Position numbers and translations under genes: made by a program. From Candidatus Shapirobacteria bacterium (lineage in GTDB: Bacteria > Patescibacteriota > Microgenomatia > UBA12405 > BS750m-G30): a stretch of 64,000 nt of DNA. Under the pieces are notes generated by a model. The model searched no databases and was not told the DNA's origin. It was given only the letters and a program-made list of their open reading frames with translations. Position 1 is the first letter of the stretch. The number at the start of each line of letters is the position of its first letter. This document shows positions 26,049 to 35,438 of the stretch, piece after piece. The stretch is from NCBI GenBank assembly GCA_043817235.1, contig JBDRHA010000007.1:137212-201211 (forward strand), in the 5' to 3' direction.

Positions 26049-27512
26049 ATGAAGGTTGTTATTGGCTATCCACCCTTAAAATCAGAAAAAGGCTATGCCT
26101 GCTTGGGGCAAAATCGGCAATTCCAATGGGTTAAAACTCCCTGGACTGCTTATCCGGTGGTCCCCGCTTATCTGGCTACTATGTTAAAAAGAGACGGTTT
26201 TGAAGTTTTTTGGCTAGATGGGATTTGGGGAGAGCAAACCTACCAAGAATGGGAAAAAGAATTTTTAGCCCTAAAACCTGACCTTCTTTTTTTAGAAACT
26301 AAAACTCCGGTAATAAAAAAGCATTGGCAAATCATAAGTAAGTTAAAAATTAAAAATGAAAAATTAAAAGTTATTTTATTTGGAGATCACGTAACTGCTT
26401 TGCCTTTAGAGTCCTTCAGGAATTCTAAGGTGGACTATGTTTTGACCGGAGGCAGCTATGATTTTTTGGGTTTAAATTTAGCCCTACACTTAAGGGAGGG
26501 AAAGAATCTAGAGCCGGGAATTTATTATAAAAGCAGTAAAGAAAAGATTAAAAACACTGGTTCTTTTAAGCTAAATCATAATTTAGACAGCCTCCCTTTT
26601 ATTGATCGGGAATTAACTAAATGGAAGCTTTATGCTTATAAAAATAGTAATTATTTACGTTTGCCAGGAACTTATGCGATGTTTGGTCGGGACTGCTGGT
26701 GGGGTAAGTGTACTTTTTGTTCTTGGACTACTCTTTATCCGGGGAAAAACTATCGGAAAATGAGCGTGAAAAGAGCTTTGGCCGAAGTTGGCTATTTAAT
26801 TGAGAATTATGGCATTAGAGAGATAATGGATGATTCCGGTACTTTTCCGGTAGGGGATTGGTTAAGAGAATTTTGTAAAGGGATGATTAAAAAAGAATAT
26901 AGCAAAAGAGCAAGAATTAGCTGTAATATGCGGTTTAACGCGGGCTTGAAAGAAAAAGACTATCAATTAATGGCCAAAGCCGGTTTTCGCTTTTTACTTT
27001 ATGGGCTGGAGTCTGCTTCCCAAAAAACCCTAGACCAGATTGACAAAAATCTGAAAGTAGAGCAAATAGAACCAGCTTTAGAATGGGCTAAAAAAGCAGG
27101 TCTTAATCCTCACCTAACGGCGATGATTGGTTATCCTTGGGAAAGTAAAGTTGAAGCCAAAAAGACCTTAGATTTTGCCAGAAGCCTATTTAGGCGAGGA
27201 TTGGCCGATACTCTGCAGGCAACAATTGTTATCCCTTATCCAGGAACTCCTTTGTTTAAGGAGGCAGATAAAAAAGGCTGGTTAAAAACAAAGTCCTGGG
27301 AGCGCTATGATATGCGTGAGCCAATATTAAAAACCAAAATGAGTGATGCCGAAATTAAAGAATTAGTGCAGGGTTTGTATAAATCAATTTTTACTCCTCG
27401 CTGGCTAGCCAGGAAAGTCAAAGAGGCAGCTGTTGATCCAGAAGTTTTCCAATATTATCTTAGAATGGCTTTTAAATTTTTTAGTAAATTACTTGATTTT
27501 AAAAAACAATAA
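26049..27512 (+). CDS. B12-binding-domain radical SAM protein (noncanonical CX4CX2C cluster)
   Basis: An N-terminal Rossmann-like B12-binding region (VVIGYPP...LFGDHVTALP) is followed by GRDCWWGKCTFCSW and a TIM-barrel rSAM core. It is a paralogue of the gene at 29303. Confidence 0.65.
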   Translation: MKVVIGYPPLKSEKGYACLGQNRQFQWVKTPWTAYPVVPAYLATMLKRDGFEVFWLDGIWGEQTYQEWEKEFLALKPDLLFLETKTPVIKKHWQIISKLKIKNEKLKVILFGDHVTALPLESFRNSKVDYVLTGGSYDFLGLNLALHLREGKNLEPGIYYKSSKEKIKNTGSFKLNHNLDSLPFIDRELTKWKLYAYKNSNYLRLPGTYAMFGRDCWWGKCTFCSWTTLYPGKNYRKMSVKRALAEVGYLIENYGIREIMDDSGTFPVGDWLREFCKGMIKKEYSKRARISCNMRFNAGLKEKDYQLMAKAGFRFLLYGLESASQKTLDQIDKNLKVEQIEPALEWAKKAGLNPHLTAMIGYPWESKVEAKKTLDFARSLFRRGLADTLQATIVIPYPGTPLFKEADKKGWLKTKSWERYDMREPILKTKMSDAEIKELVQGLYKSIFTPRWLARKVKEAAVDPEVFQYYLRMAFKFFSKLLDFKKQ

Positions 27513-27515
27513 ATT

Positions 27516-28085
27516 ATGGCACCCTGGCATTTGTTCGGACATTTTATTTTGGGTTTATTAGTGGGTTTTCTTATCTATCGCAAAACTAAAGAAAAAATAC
27601 ATATAGTTATTGCAGTTTTGGCTAGCTTCTTAATAGATTTAGATCATCTTTTTGATTTTTGGGTGGCCTATGGTTTTAATCTCGACTATCTTAAGTTCTT
27701 TAAGATTGACTTTTTCTCTGTTAATCAGGCGGCTTATGTTCCCCTTCATGCTTGGGAGTGGGTGGCTATTTTGTTTTATTTTGCGAGCGGGAAAACCCCG
27801 GAGCTCGCTCCGTGGATGAAAGCTATAATCCTCGCAAAGCCAGGTACCAAACGGTACTTGGCTTTGCGAGCAAAAGAAGAAACTGCGCAGCTTGCTGCGC
27901 AGAGACTTCATTTGGCAAAAAAAATTAAGAAATATCGCTGGATTTTGCTCACGATTGCTCTAGCCGTTATGGGCCATATTTTTTGGGATGCGATTTCTTA
28001 CGGAATTTATCCTTTAGATTATTCAATACTGGTCAGAAGTTTAAACGGATTTGAGATAAGGAGTCGACGATGCGAGCTATTTTAA
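27516..28085 (+). CDS. YdjM/DUF457-like membrane-bound metal-dependent hydrolase carrying an in-frame repeat-element insertion
   Basis: Contains HLFGHFILGLLVG...SFLIDLDHLF...HAWEWVAIL...GHIFWDAISYG, the conserved His/Asp blocks of the YdjM family. The loop between blocks 3 and 4 is about 30 aa longer than expected and is encoded by repeat copy B. Confidence 0.55.
   Translation: MAPWHLFGHFILGLLVGFLIYRKTKEKIHIVIAVLASFLIDLDHLFDFWVAYGFNLDYLKFFKIDFFSVNQAAYVPLHAWEWVAILFYFASGKTPELAPWMKAIILAKPGTKRYLALRAKEETAQLAAQRLHLAKKIKKYRWILLTIALAVMGHIFWDAISYGIYPLDYSILVRSLNGFEIRSRRCELF
27838..27925. repeat. copy B of the ~85-nt two-hairpin repeat element (RPE-like), in-frame inside a CDS
   Basis: The stretch 27852-27912 is nearly identical to 5207-5265. 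The hairpins are gccaggtac/gtacttggc and ctgcgcag-cttg-ctgcgcag. Confidence 0.5.
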
Positions 28086-28132
28086 GAAATTGCCAATTAT
28101 TTATCGGACTGCTGATAATTTATAGGATATTC

Positions 28133-28161
28133 TTGACATCGGTGAGAAAATTAGGTACATT
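28133..28161 (+). promoter_or_regulatory. sigma70-like promoter (-35 TTGACA, 17-bp spacer, -10 TACATT) for the aminotransferase operon
   Basis: TTGACA lies at 28133-28138 and TACATT at 28156-28161. Confidence 0.4.
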
Positions 28162-28204
28162 CTGCGTATTGCTTTTTTAAAATTAATAATTCTTTTCAAC
28201 TTAA

Positions 28205-29302
28205 ATGACTAAGACCAAGAAAACAAGATCAGTCAAGAAAACTATTTCAGAAAAGATAGATAATTTTATTCAGTTTAGCAAGCCCATGATCGAGCTTACT
28301 GAAGCCGATTATTCGGCAATAAGAAAAGTGATTGACTCTGGCTGGGTATCAATCGGTAAATACATGGAGAAGCTAGAGCAGTATTTTATAGAGAATTATA
28401 AAGTTAAACATGCTATAGCTTGTTCTTCTTGTACCCAGGGTTTGATTATTGCGATGAAAGCGGCTGGCTGGCGAAAAAAACGAATAGCTCTTCCGTCTTT
28501 CACTTGGCCGAGTACAGTTTTTGCAGCTGAGTCTAGTGGCAATATTCCAATTTTTTGCGATATTGACCCCGAAACCTGGTTAATTGACCTTTCTCTTTTA
28601 AGCCCAAAAAATTATGATGCTGTTGTGGCAGTTGATGTTTTTGGTAACCAGGCGCAGGTAAAGACCGATAAGCCGGTTATTTACGACGCAGCCCATGGAT
28701 TTGGTTTAAAAATGTTGGGGAAGCGTGGTTTAGCCGAGGTTGTTTCTTTTTCCTTTACTAAGGTAGTAACAGCCATGGATGGAGGAATGATATTAACTGA
28801 TGATGATGAAGTTGCGGATATTGCCAAAGAGCTTCGGCGGCTATCTTCACGAATGGGAGAAATTAACGCTGTTGTTTGCTTGCGTTCTTTAAAAAATTAT
28901 AAGCGTAATCAGGAATTAAAACTGGAGAATATTCAAAAATACTGCGAGCTTTTAAGCTTTGAGTATACTATTCAAAAAATACCAGTAGTTACTAATCACA
29001 GTGTTTTTTCAATAGTGTTGCCGAACCAACAAATGAGAGATGCAATTATCAAGGCCTTTGAAGAAAACGATATTGAAGTCAAAGCTTATTATGAGCCTTT
29101 AGTAGGTGGTTTACCCAACACGGACTCGGTTTTTGCTAGGATAATTTCTTTCCCAATATATCCAGCAGTAAAAGACCATATTGCAAAAATATGCGATATA
29201 GCCAATAATGCAGTTGCTGGCACTGTTGATAAATATGTTCAGGGAAAAAGATATTTAGTTAAGAGTAAATATCTAACTGGATATATTCAGACCGCAAGGT
29301 AA
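28205..29302 (+). CDS. DegT/DnrJ/EryC1/StrS-family PLP-dependent sugar aminotransferase/dehydratase
   Basis: Contains AIACSSCTQGLIIAMKAAGW, IYDAAHGFG and VSFSFTKVVTAMDGGMIL, the PLP-lysine context of the DegT family. Confidence 0.8.
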   Translation: MTKTKKTRSVKKTISEKIDNFIQFSKPMIELTEADYSAIRKVIDSGWVSIGKYMEKLEQYFIENYKVKHAIACSSCTQGLIIAMKAAGWRKKRIALPSFTWPSTVFAAESSGNIPIFCDIDPETWLIDLSLLSPKNYDAVVAVDVFGNQAQVKTDKPVIYDAAHGFGLKMLGKRGLAEVVSFSFTKVVTAMDGGMILTDDDEVADIAKELRRLSSRMGEINAVVCLRSLKNYKRNQELKLENIQKYCELLSFEYTIQKIPVVTNHSVFSIVLPNQQMRDAIIKAFEENDIEVKAYYEPLVGGLPNTDSVFARIISFPIYPAVKDHIAKICDIANNAVAGTVDKYVQGKRYLVKSKYLTGYIQTAR

Positions 29303-30607
29303 ATGAAAGTAGTATTTATTCAGCCCTATTACCATAATATTTGGGAGTCATTGGGAATAGCTTACATCATTGCTTATTGTAAGAAAAATTATTCCGGCAA
29401 CCTAAAGATAGATTTTTATCAAGGCAAGTTTGATAAGGATAAAGAGATAATTAAGGGAGCTAAGGGTGCCGATATTGTAGCTTTTTCTTGCACTTCGCCT
29501 ACGTTTGAGCATGCTCTTAAGTTAGCAAGAGAGTTGAAAAAAAAGAACCCTAGAATTTGGACTGTTTTTGGCGGTTGGCATCCGACCGCTTTGGGCGAGA
29601 AATGTTTTACTAGGGGAGTAGACCAAATTGTGGCAGGAGAAGGAGAAAAGGCATTTTTAGAGATTTTAAAGGGAAACCGAGACAAAATTGTTTATGGAAA
29701 GCCTATAGATTTTTCAGAGTTACCTTGGCCGGACAGAAAAGTAATTAAAAATCAACGCACCATTGATCTTTGTGAAGACATGTGTGGTTTGCGGATTGCT
29801 AGTTTTCAAGCTAACCGGGTTTGTCCTTTTCGCTGCGCTTTTTGTTCAGAAAGAACCATGACTGGTCGTTTTAATCCCAAAGCTAATCCAATCCGTACTC
29901 GCGATGTTAAAGACTTACTTGACGAAATAGAGGTAGTTAGCAATACGTATCGCCTTGATCTTTTTAAGTTTGTTGATGCTACTTTTGATACATCGGCTGA
30001 TTTTGTCATTCGTTTTTGTAAAGAAAAAATAGGCAGGGGTAATAAAATGGAGTGGGAATGTCTTATTCATGCCAGCTTGGCTACCCGGGAGATGTTTAGG
30101 TGGTTGCATAAGGCCAACTGTAATCAGGTCAACGTTGGCTGTGAAAGCGGGAGCCTTAAAATTTTAAATGATATTGGCAAGGGCCTTACCCCTCAGAGAT
30201 TATTGGATGTTTTTGGGTGGGCAAAAGAGTTTGGTATTAAAAGGAGAGCTTTTTTTATTTTAGGGATGCCCAACGAAACCAAGAAAGACATTGTCCTAAC
30301 TGACAAACTTGCGGGTAAGTTAAATCCTGATGTTTTTGGAATTACCCTTCTTTGCCCGTATCCCGGCTGTGACCTTTATGATCATCAAAAGATGAAAAAC
30401 TTCGACTGGTCGGTTACTGACGAATACAGCAATAATTTCTGGCGAACTAAAAATTTTACCAACAGACAACTTAGAAAGATCCAGTCATATTTTGAAGAAA
30501 AATATTACCCGGTTCTTTGTGCTCACCAACGAGAGATGGTTGATGCCAGAAGGAAAAAAGCCAGCAAAAACAAAGCATCTAGATCAAAAAAAGTAATCCC
30601 GGGCTAA
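29303..30607 (+). CDS. B12-binding-domain radical SAM protein
   Basis: An N-terminal B12-binding region (VVFIQPYYHN...IVAFSCTSPTF...VFGGWHPTAL) is followed by the canonical CPFRCAFC (CX3CX2C) cluster. Confidence 0.75.
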   Translation: MKVVFIQPYYHNIWESLGIAYIIAYCKKNYSGNLKIDFYQGKFDKDKEIIKGAKGADIVAFSCTSPTFEHALKLARELKKKNPRIWTVFGGWHPTALGEKCFTRGVDQIVAGEGEKAFLEILKGNRDKIVYGKPIDFSELPWPDRKVIKNQRTIDLCEDMCGLRIASFQANRVCPFRCAFCSERTMTGRFNPKANPIRTRDVKDLLDEIEVVSNTYRLDLFKFVDATFDTSADFVIRFCKEKIGRGNKMEWECLIHASLATREMFRWLHKANCNQVNVGCESGSLKILNDIGKGLTPQRLLDVFGWAKEFGIKRRAFFILGMPNETKKDIVLTDKLAGKLNPDVFGITLLCPYPGCDLYDHQKMKNFDWSVTDEYSNNFWRTKNFTNRQLRKIQSYFEEKYYPVLCAHQREMVDARRKKASKNKASRSKKVIPG

Positions 30608-30613
30608 GAGCAC

Positions 30614-31669
30614 TTGGAGCAAGAAATGAATAAAAATCCTCAAATTAAGAATTTACCAACAATTTCTTTCGTTACCCCCACTTATAATAGTGCACCCTGG
30701 ATTAAAAACTATCTCCAATCAATTAGGAAACAAGATTATCCTCAAAGCAAAATAGAGATTTTATTTGTGGATGGTGGTTCGATAGATGACACTCTTAAAT
30801 TGGCCAAGAAATATAAGATTAGAGTGGTCAAGAACAAGTTAATCTTGGGGGATCCAGGCTTTGCTGTTGGCGGGGAAAAAGCTAAAGGCGACTTTATGGT
30901 TTTTATGGGCCATGATAACGAATTGGTTCAGAAGAGCTGGATTCGATTAATGTTAAGGCCGATGTTGGAGGATGAAAAGATTGTGGCCGCTTTTCCGCAT
31001 TTGGATAACAAGAAAACCGATACTTGGTTAACCAGGTATGCTAACCGCTTTACTGACCCCGGTAATCACTTTGTTTATGGCTACGCTAACAATCCTCTGA
31101 CCTTTAATAAGGTCTATGGGGTGGTTAAAAAAACTAAAGATTGGGTTGTTTTTGACTTCAAATTAAAAGATCATCCTGTTCTCGAGTTTGAACAGGGGTT
31201 TATGATTAGAAAAAAAGGCTATTATCGTGACAAAAGCACCTGGTATTGTGGTATTTTGGCGGTTCTTAGCTTAATAAAAGATAAAAAAATGATTGCCTAT
31301 GTTCCCAGAGCAAGCAACTACCATACTACCCTGAATAAGGGCGTAGGTCAGTTTATCAAAAAGCACCGTTGGGCCATAGACTATAATTTGGATAAAAGAA
31401 AGACATTCGGTATCTATAAAGACGCTTTTGGGTTGAAAGCAAGAAGGAAATATATTTCTCTCGACCGAAAAATAAAAATGTTTTTCTACCCCTTTTACGG
31501 GATTAGTTTTATTATGCCTTGCGCAAGAGCTTTGTATATGTTTCTTAAAGACGGAGAAAGGGAATGGCTTTATCATCCTTTTATTACCTTTATTTCCGCT
31601 TTTATTATTTGGCAGGAAGCAGTAAAAATTAAAATATTTAGGAAAAATCCAACAATAGATCGGTATTAG
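30614..31669 (+). CDS. glycosyltransferase family 2
   Basis: Contains ISFVTPTYNSAPWIKNYLQSI...EILFVDGGSIDDT. An alternative ATG lies at 30626. Confidence 0.7.
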   Translation: MEQEMNKNPQIKNLPTISFVTPTYNSAPWIKNYLQSIRKQDYPQSKIEILFVDGGSIDDTLKLAKKYKIRVVKNKLILGDPGFAVGGEKAKGDFMVFMGHDNELVQKSWIRLMLRPMLEDEKIVAAFPHLDNKKTDTWLTRYANRFTDPGNHFVYGYANNPLTFNKVYGVVKKTKDWVVFDFKLKDHPVLEFEQGFMIRKKGYYRDKSTWYCGILAVLSLIKDKKMIAYVPRASNYHTTLNKGVGQFIKKHRWAIDYNLDKRKTFGIYKDAFGLKARRKYISLDRKIKMFFYPFYGISFIMPCARALYMFLKDGEREWLYHPFITFISAFIIWQEAVKIKIFRKNPTIDRY

Positions 31670-31681
31670 CCGGTAGCGACT

Positions 31682-32356
31682 GTGAGAAGATTTAGTAATA
31701 GTATTAAAAGTAGATTAACAGCTAGACATAAATACGGCTTTAAACTATGCGGGAGCCTAAAAAGCAAAACTGTTTTAGATATTGGAAGTTCTTATGGCTG
31801 GTTTGAAAAATTCGCTCTGGGTTCGGGAGCAAAGAAAGCAGTTGGAATTGAGCCCGAAGAAAAATATTTTTATCAAGCCCAAAGGGAAGTTTCTCAAGCT
31901 CTTTTTAAAAAAGGGTCAGCTCTTAAAATTCCTGAGAAAAATAGATCTTTTGACCTGGTGGTTATGTTTGACGTTTTAGAACATTTGCCCCCAGGCAAAG
32001 AGGGGGTCGCCCTAAGAGAGATAAAAAGAGTTTTAAGAAGCGGCGGTGCTTTGGTAATTTCTACTCCTTTAGATTTTTGGTTAACCAAGCTTACAGATCC
32101 AGCTTGGTATTTTGGCCATCGTCATTATCGAGAAGAGCAATTAAGAAAAATGTTGATGAAAACTGGTTTTAAGGTCAAAAAGGTAGAAAAAAGAGGTGGT
32201 TTTTTTGAAATGGTTAGCGCCCTTCTCCTATACTTTTTTAAGTGGATTTTTAACAAGGAGATTCCCTATAAAGACTTTTGGGATCAAAAAAAAGATCAAG
32301 AGTATTTTGGAAAAGAGAACGGCTTTATGACTATTTTTATTAAAGCAACTAGCTGA
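31682..32356 (+). CDS. class I SAM-dependent methyltransferase
   Basis: Contains VLDIGSSYGWF...FDLVVMFDVLEHLP...LRSGGALVISTP. The start codon is GTG. Confidence 0.65.
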   Translation: MRRFSNSIKSRLTARHKYGFKLCGSLKSKTVLDIGSSYGWFEKFALGSGAKKAVGIEPEEKYFYQAQREVSQALFKKGSALKIPEKNRSFDLVVMFDVLEHLPPGKEGVALREIKRVLRSGGALVISTPLDFWLTKLTDPAWYFGHRHYREEQLRKMLMKTGFKVKKVEKRGGFFEMVSALLLYFFKWIFNKEIPYKDFWDQKKDQEYFGKENGFMTIFIKATS

Positions 32357-33062
32357 TCTTTTTTACCAGAAATAAATAATTTCTTGAACCAATTCCCAGT
32401 GGCAATATTTGATTAGCTTTTTTATCGACAGCACTAATCAATCTTAGCACTTTAGGATTATTTATTCTTTTGTAGATAAAAAAGGGAAAAAGAGCACCTT
32501 TCTTAATCTTTACTATTTCTAGCTTATTTCTTTTTAATTCTTTAGTGAATTTCCATATGGGAAAAAGGAAATAGTTAGCCCAAGGAAGACCGAAAAAATG
32601 AATTGAAAACAAATTGGGTGACTCAAGGACAGAATAAGCACCCTTTTTAAGGGTTCGGGAAATTTCTTTTAAAACGAATGGCCACTTTTTCATGTATTTT
32701 AGAACCCTGATGCATAAAATGAGGTCAAAAAAATTATCTTTAAAAGGAAGTCCTTTTTCGGCGTTTAAATGTTTGAGGTGAATTTTTTTCTGGCTAAAAG
32801 ATTTTAATGTTTCCTTAATCATTTTTTCCGCAATATCAACTCCGTAAATTTCAATTTGCTTATTTTTAAAAATTTCTAGATTTCTTCCTGCTCCAAAGCC
32901 GATTTCTAGTAAGTTTTTTATTTTTCGAGAAGAGCAGTTTTTTTTAATAAAATCAATTTCCAAATGGTTTAAATAATCCAGGCCCTTGCTGTCGCGAAAA
33001 GCCTTCTGGTTATAAGTTTTTGAAAAATTATTGAAAAATTTTCTGACGCTATTTTTTTTCAT
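32349..33062 (-). CDS. class I SAM-dependent methyltransferase
   Basis: Contains LLEIGFGAGRNLEIF...IYGVDIAEKMI...FDLILCIRVLKYM. Confidence 0.65.
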   Translation of the reverse strand: MKKNSVRKFFNNFSKTYNQKAFRDSKGLDYLNHLEIDFIKKNCSSRKIKNLLEIGFGAGRNLEIFKNKQIEIYGVDIAEKMIKETLKSFSQKKIHLKHLNAEKGLPFKDNFFDLILCIRVLKYMKKWPFVLKEISRTLKKGAYSVLESPNLFSIHFFGLPWANYFLFPIWKFTKELKRNKLEIVKIKKGALFPFFIYKRINNPKVLRLISAVDKKANQILPLGIGSRNYLFLVKKIS

Positions 33063-33071
33063 TAAAAATTA

Positions 33072-34262
33072 CTAAATAAAAATGAATTTTTTAACTTTAT
33101 CATAATATTTTTCCCATGTCATTTCTTCAACAATCTTTTGATTCGTTTTTATTGCTATATTTCTGACTTTTTGGTTAAACAGAAGCTCTTTAGATTTTCG
33201 AGCTATATCTTTAATCTGCCCAGGCTCAGTCAAACAGTATTTAGCTGTACTTTTGGGGAAAAGTTCTCCAATAGCCCCAATTTTAGTGCTAATTACTGGA
33301 ATTCCGGCGGCCATAGTTTCTATTAAGGCCAGGGGGTATTCTGGCATTTCCCCGCTGAAACGGTAGAGGAAAAAAGCCAAATCTGCTTGTTGAAGATAGA
33401 CTATTAAATTTTTAAGATATTTTTTAGTTAAGGTTGTTTTTGCTTTTACCTGAGGCAAACTCGAAAGCCTTTTTTCAAGAAATTTAATATTAGTTTCCGG
33501 GGTAATAATAAGATTTATTTCAAAATTTATTTTATTTTCTAAAAGTAAGCTGGCTGAGGCTAACATATCATCAACTCCTCTTACGCTATAAATATGTCCG
33601 AAATAGAGTAAGGCCCTGGGTCCGGATTTTGTCTTTGCTCTGGTTTTTAAAAAGCTTTTGGGAACGCCGAAAGGAATTTGTTCCACTTTTGCTTGGGGCG
33701 AGGATAATAAGATCTTATTTTTTAATCTTTTACTTTGGACAATGATCTTGATAATGTGAGCACCCTGTAGGTGTTTGGCGTAAAGCAATTCTAGGGGTTT
33801 CCCTAAAACAGAGGGATGAAAAAGGCAATGGGAGGGCTCAACCAAAAAGTCATAGGGCCGGACAAATTTAAATTCCTTCAGTCCGATACCTCCGTTAATA
33901 ATGTTCAACACAATCCGGCTAAGGCGGCTTTTTGCTTTTTGGCTAAAAACAGCGGCTCCGGAAAGACTTCCAAGGAAATAGACTGTATTTTGAGAGCCGG
34001 TTTTTCGGCAAAAAGAAATAGCGTTGTTGAAAAAGGAGAAGTATGAGCCGGGTAAATAAACGAACTGGATATTTTGATTAAACTTTTTAATCTCTTTTTC
34101 CGAACTATTGCTGATAATATTTGTTTTGAACTCTTTAGGGGTTCTTTTTGCGGTTTCCCAAGCTATTCGAGGAACTGCAGACAGTTTTTTTAAATCGAAT
34201 TTTTCTCTTAGGATAATATTTAGGACTTTCATTTTTGCTATAATGTCGCAGTGAATCGGCAA
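33072..34262 (-). CDS. glycosyltransferase family 4 (GT-B fold)
   Basis: The C-terminal motif EYPLALIETMAAGIPVISTKIGAIGELF matches the EX7E-type donor-binding region. Confidence 0.7.
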   Translation of the reverse strand: MPIHCDIIAKMKVLNIILREKFDLKKLSAVPRIAWETAKRTPKEFKTNIISNSSEKEIKKFNQNIQFVYLPGSYFSFFNNAISFCRKTGSQNTVYFLGSLSGAAVFSQKAKSRLSRIVLNIINGGIGLKEFKFVRPYDFLVEPSHCLFHPSVLGKPLELLYAKHLQGAHIIKIIVQSKRLKNKILLSSPQAKVEQIPFGVPKSFLKTRAKTKSGPRALLYFGHIYSVRGVDDMLASASLLLENKINFEINLIITPETNIKFLEKRLSSLPQVKAKTTLTKKYLKNLIVYLQQADLAFFLYRFSGEMPEYPLALIETMAAGIPVISTKIGAIGELFPKSTAKYCLTEPGQIKDIARKSKELLFNQKVRNIAIKTNQKIVEEMTWEKYYDKVKKFIFI

Positions 34263-35438
34263 CTGCAGATATTATACATAAATCTAGGAGACATCGGCAC
34301 TTATTCTTATGACAAACAGGCAGGGAGAATATTGGGGTGGGCAAAACAAGGAAATAGCGTAAATTTATTGGTATCAGAGCTTGGCCGAAAAACTGCAAGC
34401 GAAGAAATTATTAACAAGGATCCGGTTCACGCCCGTCTTTTAACTCTCCCTTTTTCTGGGAAAGAAGCTAATTCGGCGATTAAAATTATCTTTTCATATT
34501 TCTTAAGAGTTTGTTGCGCTCCCCTTATTCTTTTCAAAAAATTGCCAACTTTTGATTTTGCCGTTTCCAATTCTTGTTTTCTGGTGGACATTGTTCCTGT
34601 TTTTTGGCTGAAAATATTTAAAAAGTGTAAAGGCTGGGTATTAATAATGGACAGCATCGTCCCTTCTCCCAAGGAAAGAGAGGGTAATTTTTTGATAAAC
34701 CTCCTTGCTTATTCAGAGTCTATTTTTTTAGGTAAAATTGCCAACTTATTTGCGGATTTAATATTTACAGTTAACCCAGAACTTAAAAAAGAGATGATTA
34801 AAAGAGGCATTGGTGAAAAGAAAATTATTTTTTCTGAAAACGGTCTTTTTATGGAAAAAATCAATTTAGTCAAAAATCCGAAAAAGAAGAAATACGAAGC
34901 CGCCTATATGGGAAGGATTAGCGTTAACAAAGGAGTGTTTGATCTTATTGAAGTTTGGAGGGAATTAATTAAGGAAAAGCCTAAGGCAAGGTTGGCAATA
35001 ATGGGCGGGGGATTGGAAGATGTTGTTGAGAAATTGAAAAAGGAGATAAAAAAGAATGAGTTAGAAAAAAATATTGAATATCTAGGCTTTACCTCGGCTC
35101 CTAAAAAATATCAAGTATTGAAAAACAGTCGGATTTTTTTATACTTGTCGAAAGTAAATGCAGATGAGAGCTGGGGAATAAGTTTAATGGAAGCCTTGGC
35201 TTGTGGAGTGCCAGCTATTAGTTATAATTTGCCGATATATGAACACATTTATAAAACTAAAAGTTTAATTAGGGTTGAGTGCAATAAGGTAAAATCAGTA
35301 ATTACAAGCTTAAAGTTTTTATTGGAGGATGAGAAAACTTATGCCTTGTTGTCTCGAGGGTCAGTTAATTTTGCCAAAAAGTTTGACTGGTTTAAAATAG
35401 CCCAGAAAGACCTAATTAAAATTAGAAAAACACTATGA
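34251..35438 (+). CDS. glycosyltransferase family 4 (GT-B fold)
   Basis: Contains ESWGISLMEALACGVPAISYNLPIYEHI. Confidence 0.7.
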   Translation: MNRQLQILYINLGDIGTYSYDKQAGRILGWAKQGNSVNLLVSELGRKTASEEIINKDPVHARLLTLPFSGKEANSAIKIIFSYFLRVCCAPLILFKKLPTFDFAVSNSCFLVDIVPVFWLKIFKKCKGWVLIMDSIVPSPKEREGNFLINLLAYSESIFLGKIANLFADLIFTVNPELKKEMIKRGIGEKKIIFSENGLFMEKINLVKNPKKKKYEAAYMGRISVNKGVFDLIEVWRELIKEKPKARLAIMGGGLEDVVEKLKKEIKKNELEKNIEYLGFTSAPKKYQVLKNSRIFLYLSKVNADESWGISLMEALACGVPAISYNLPIYEHIYKTKSLIRVECNKVKSVITSLKFLLEDEKTYALLSRGSVNFAKKFDWFKIAQKDLIKIRKTL

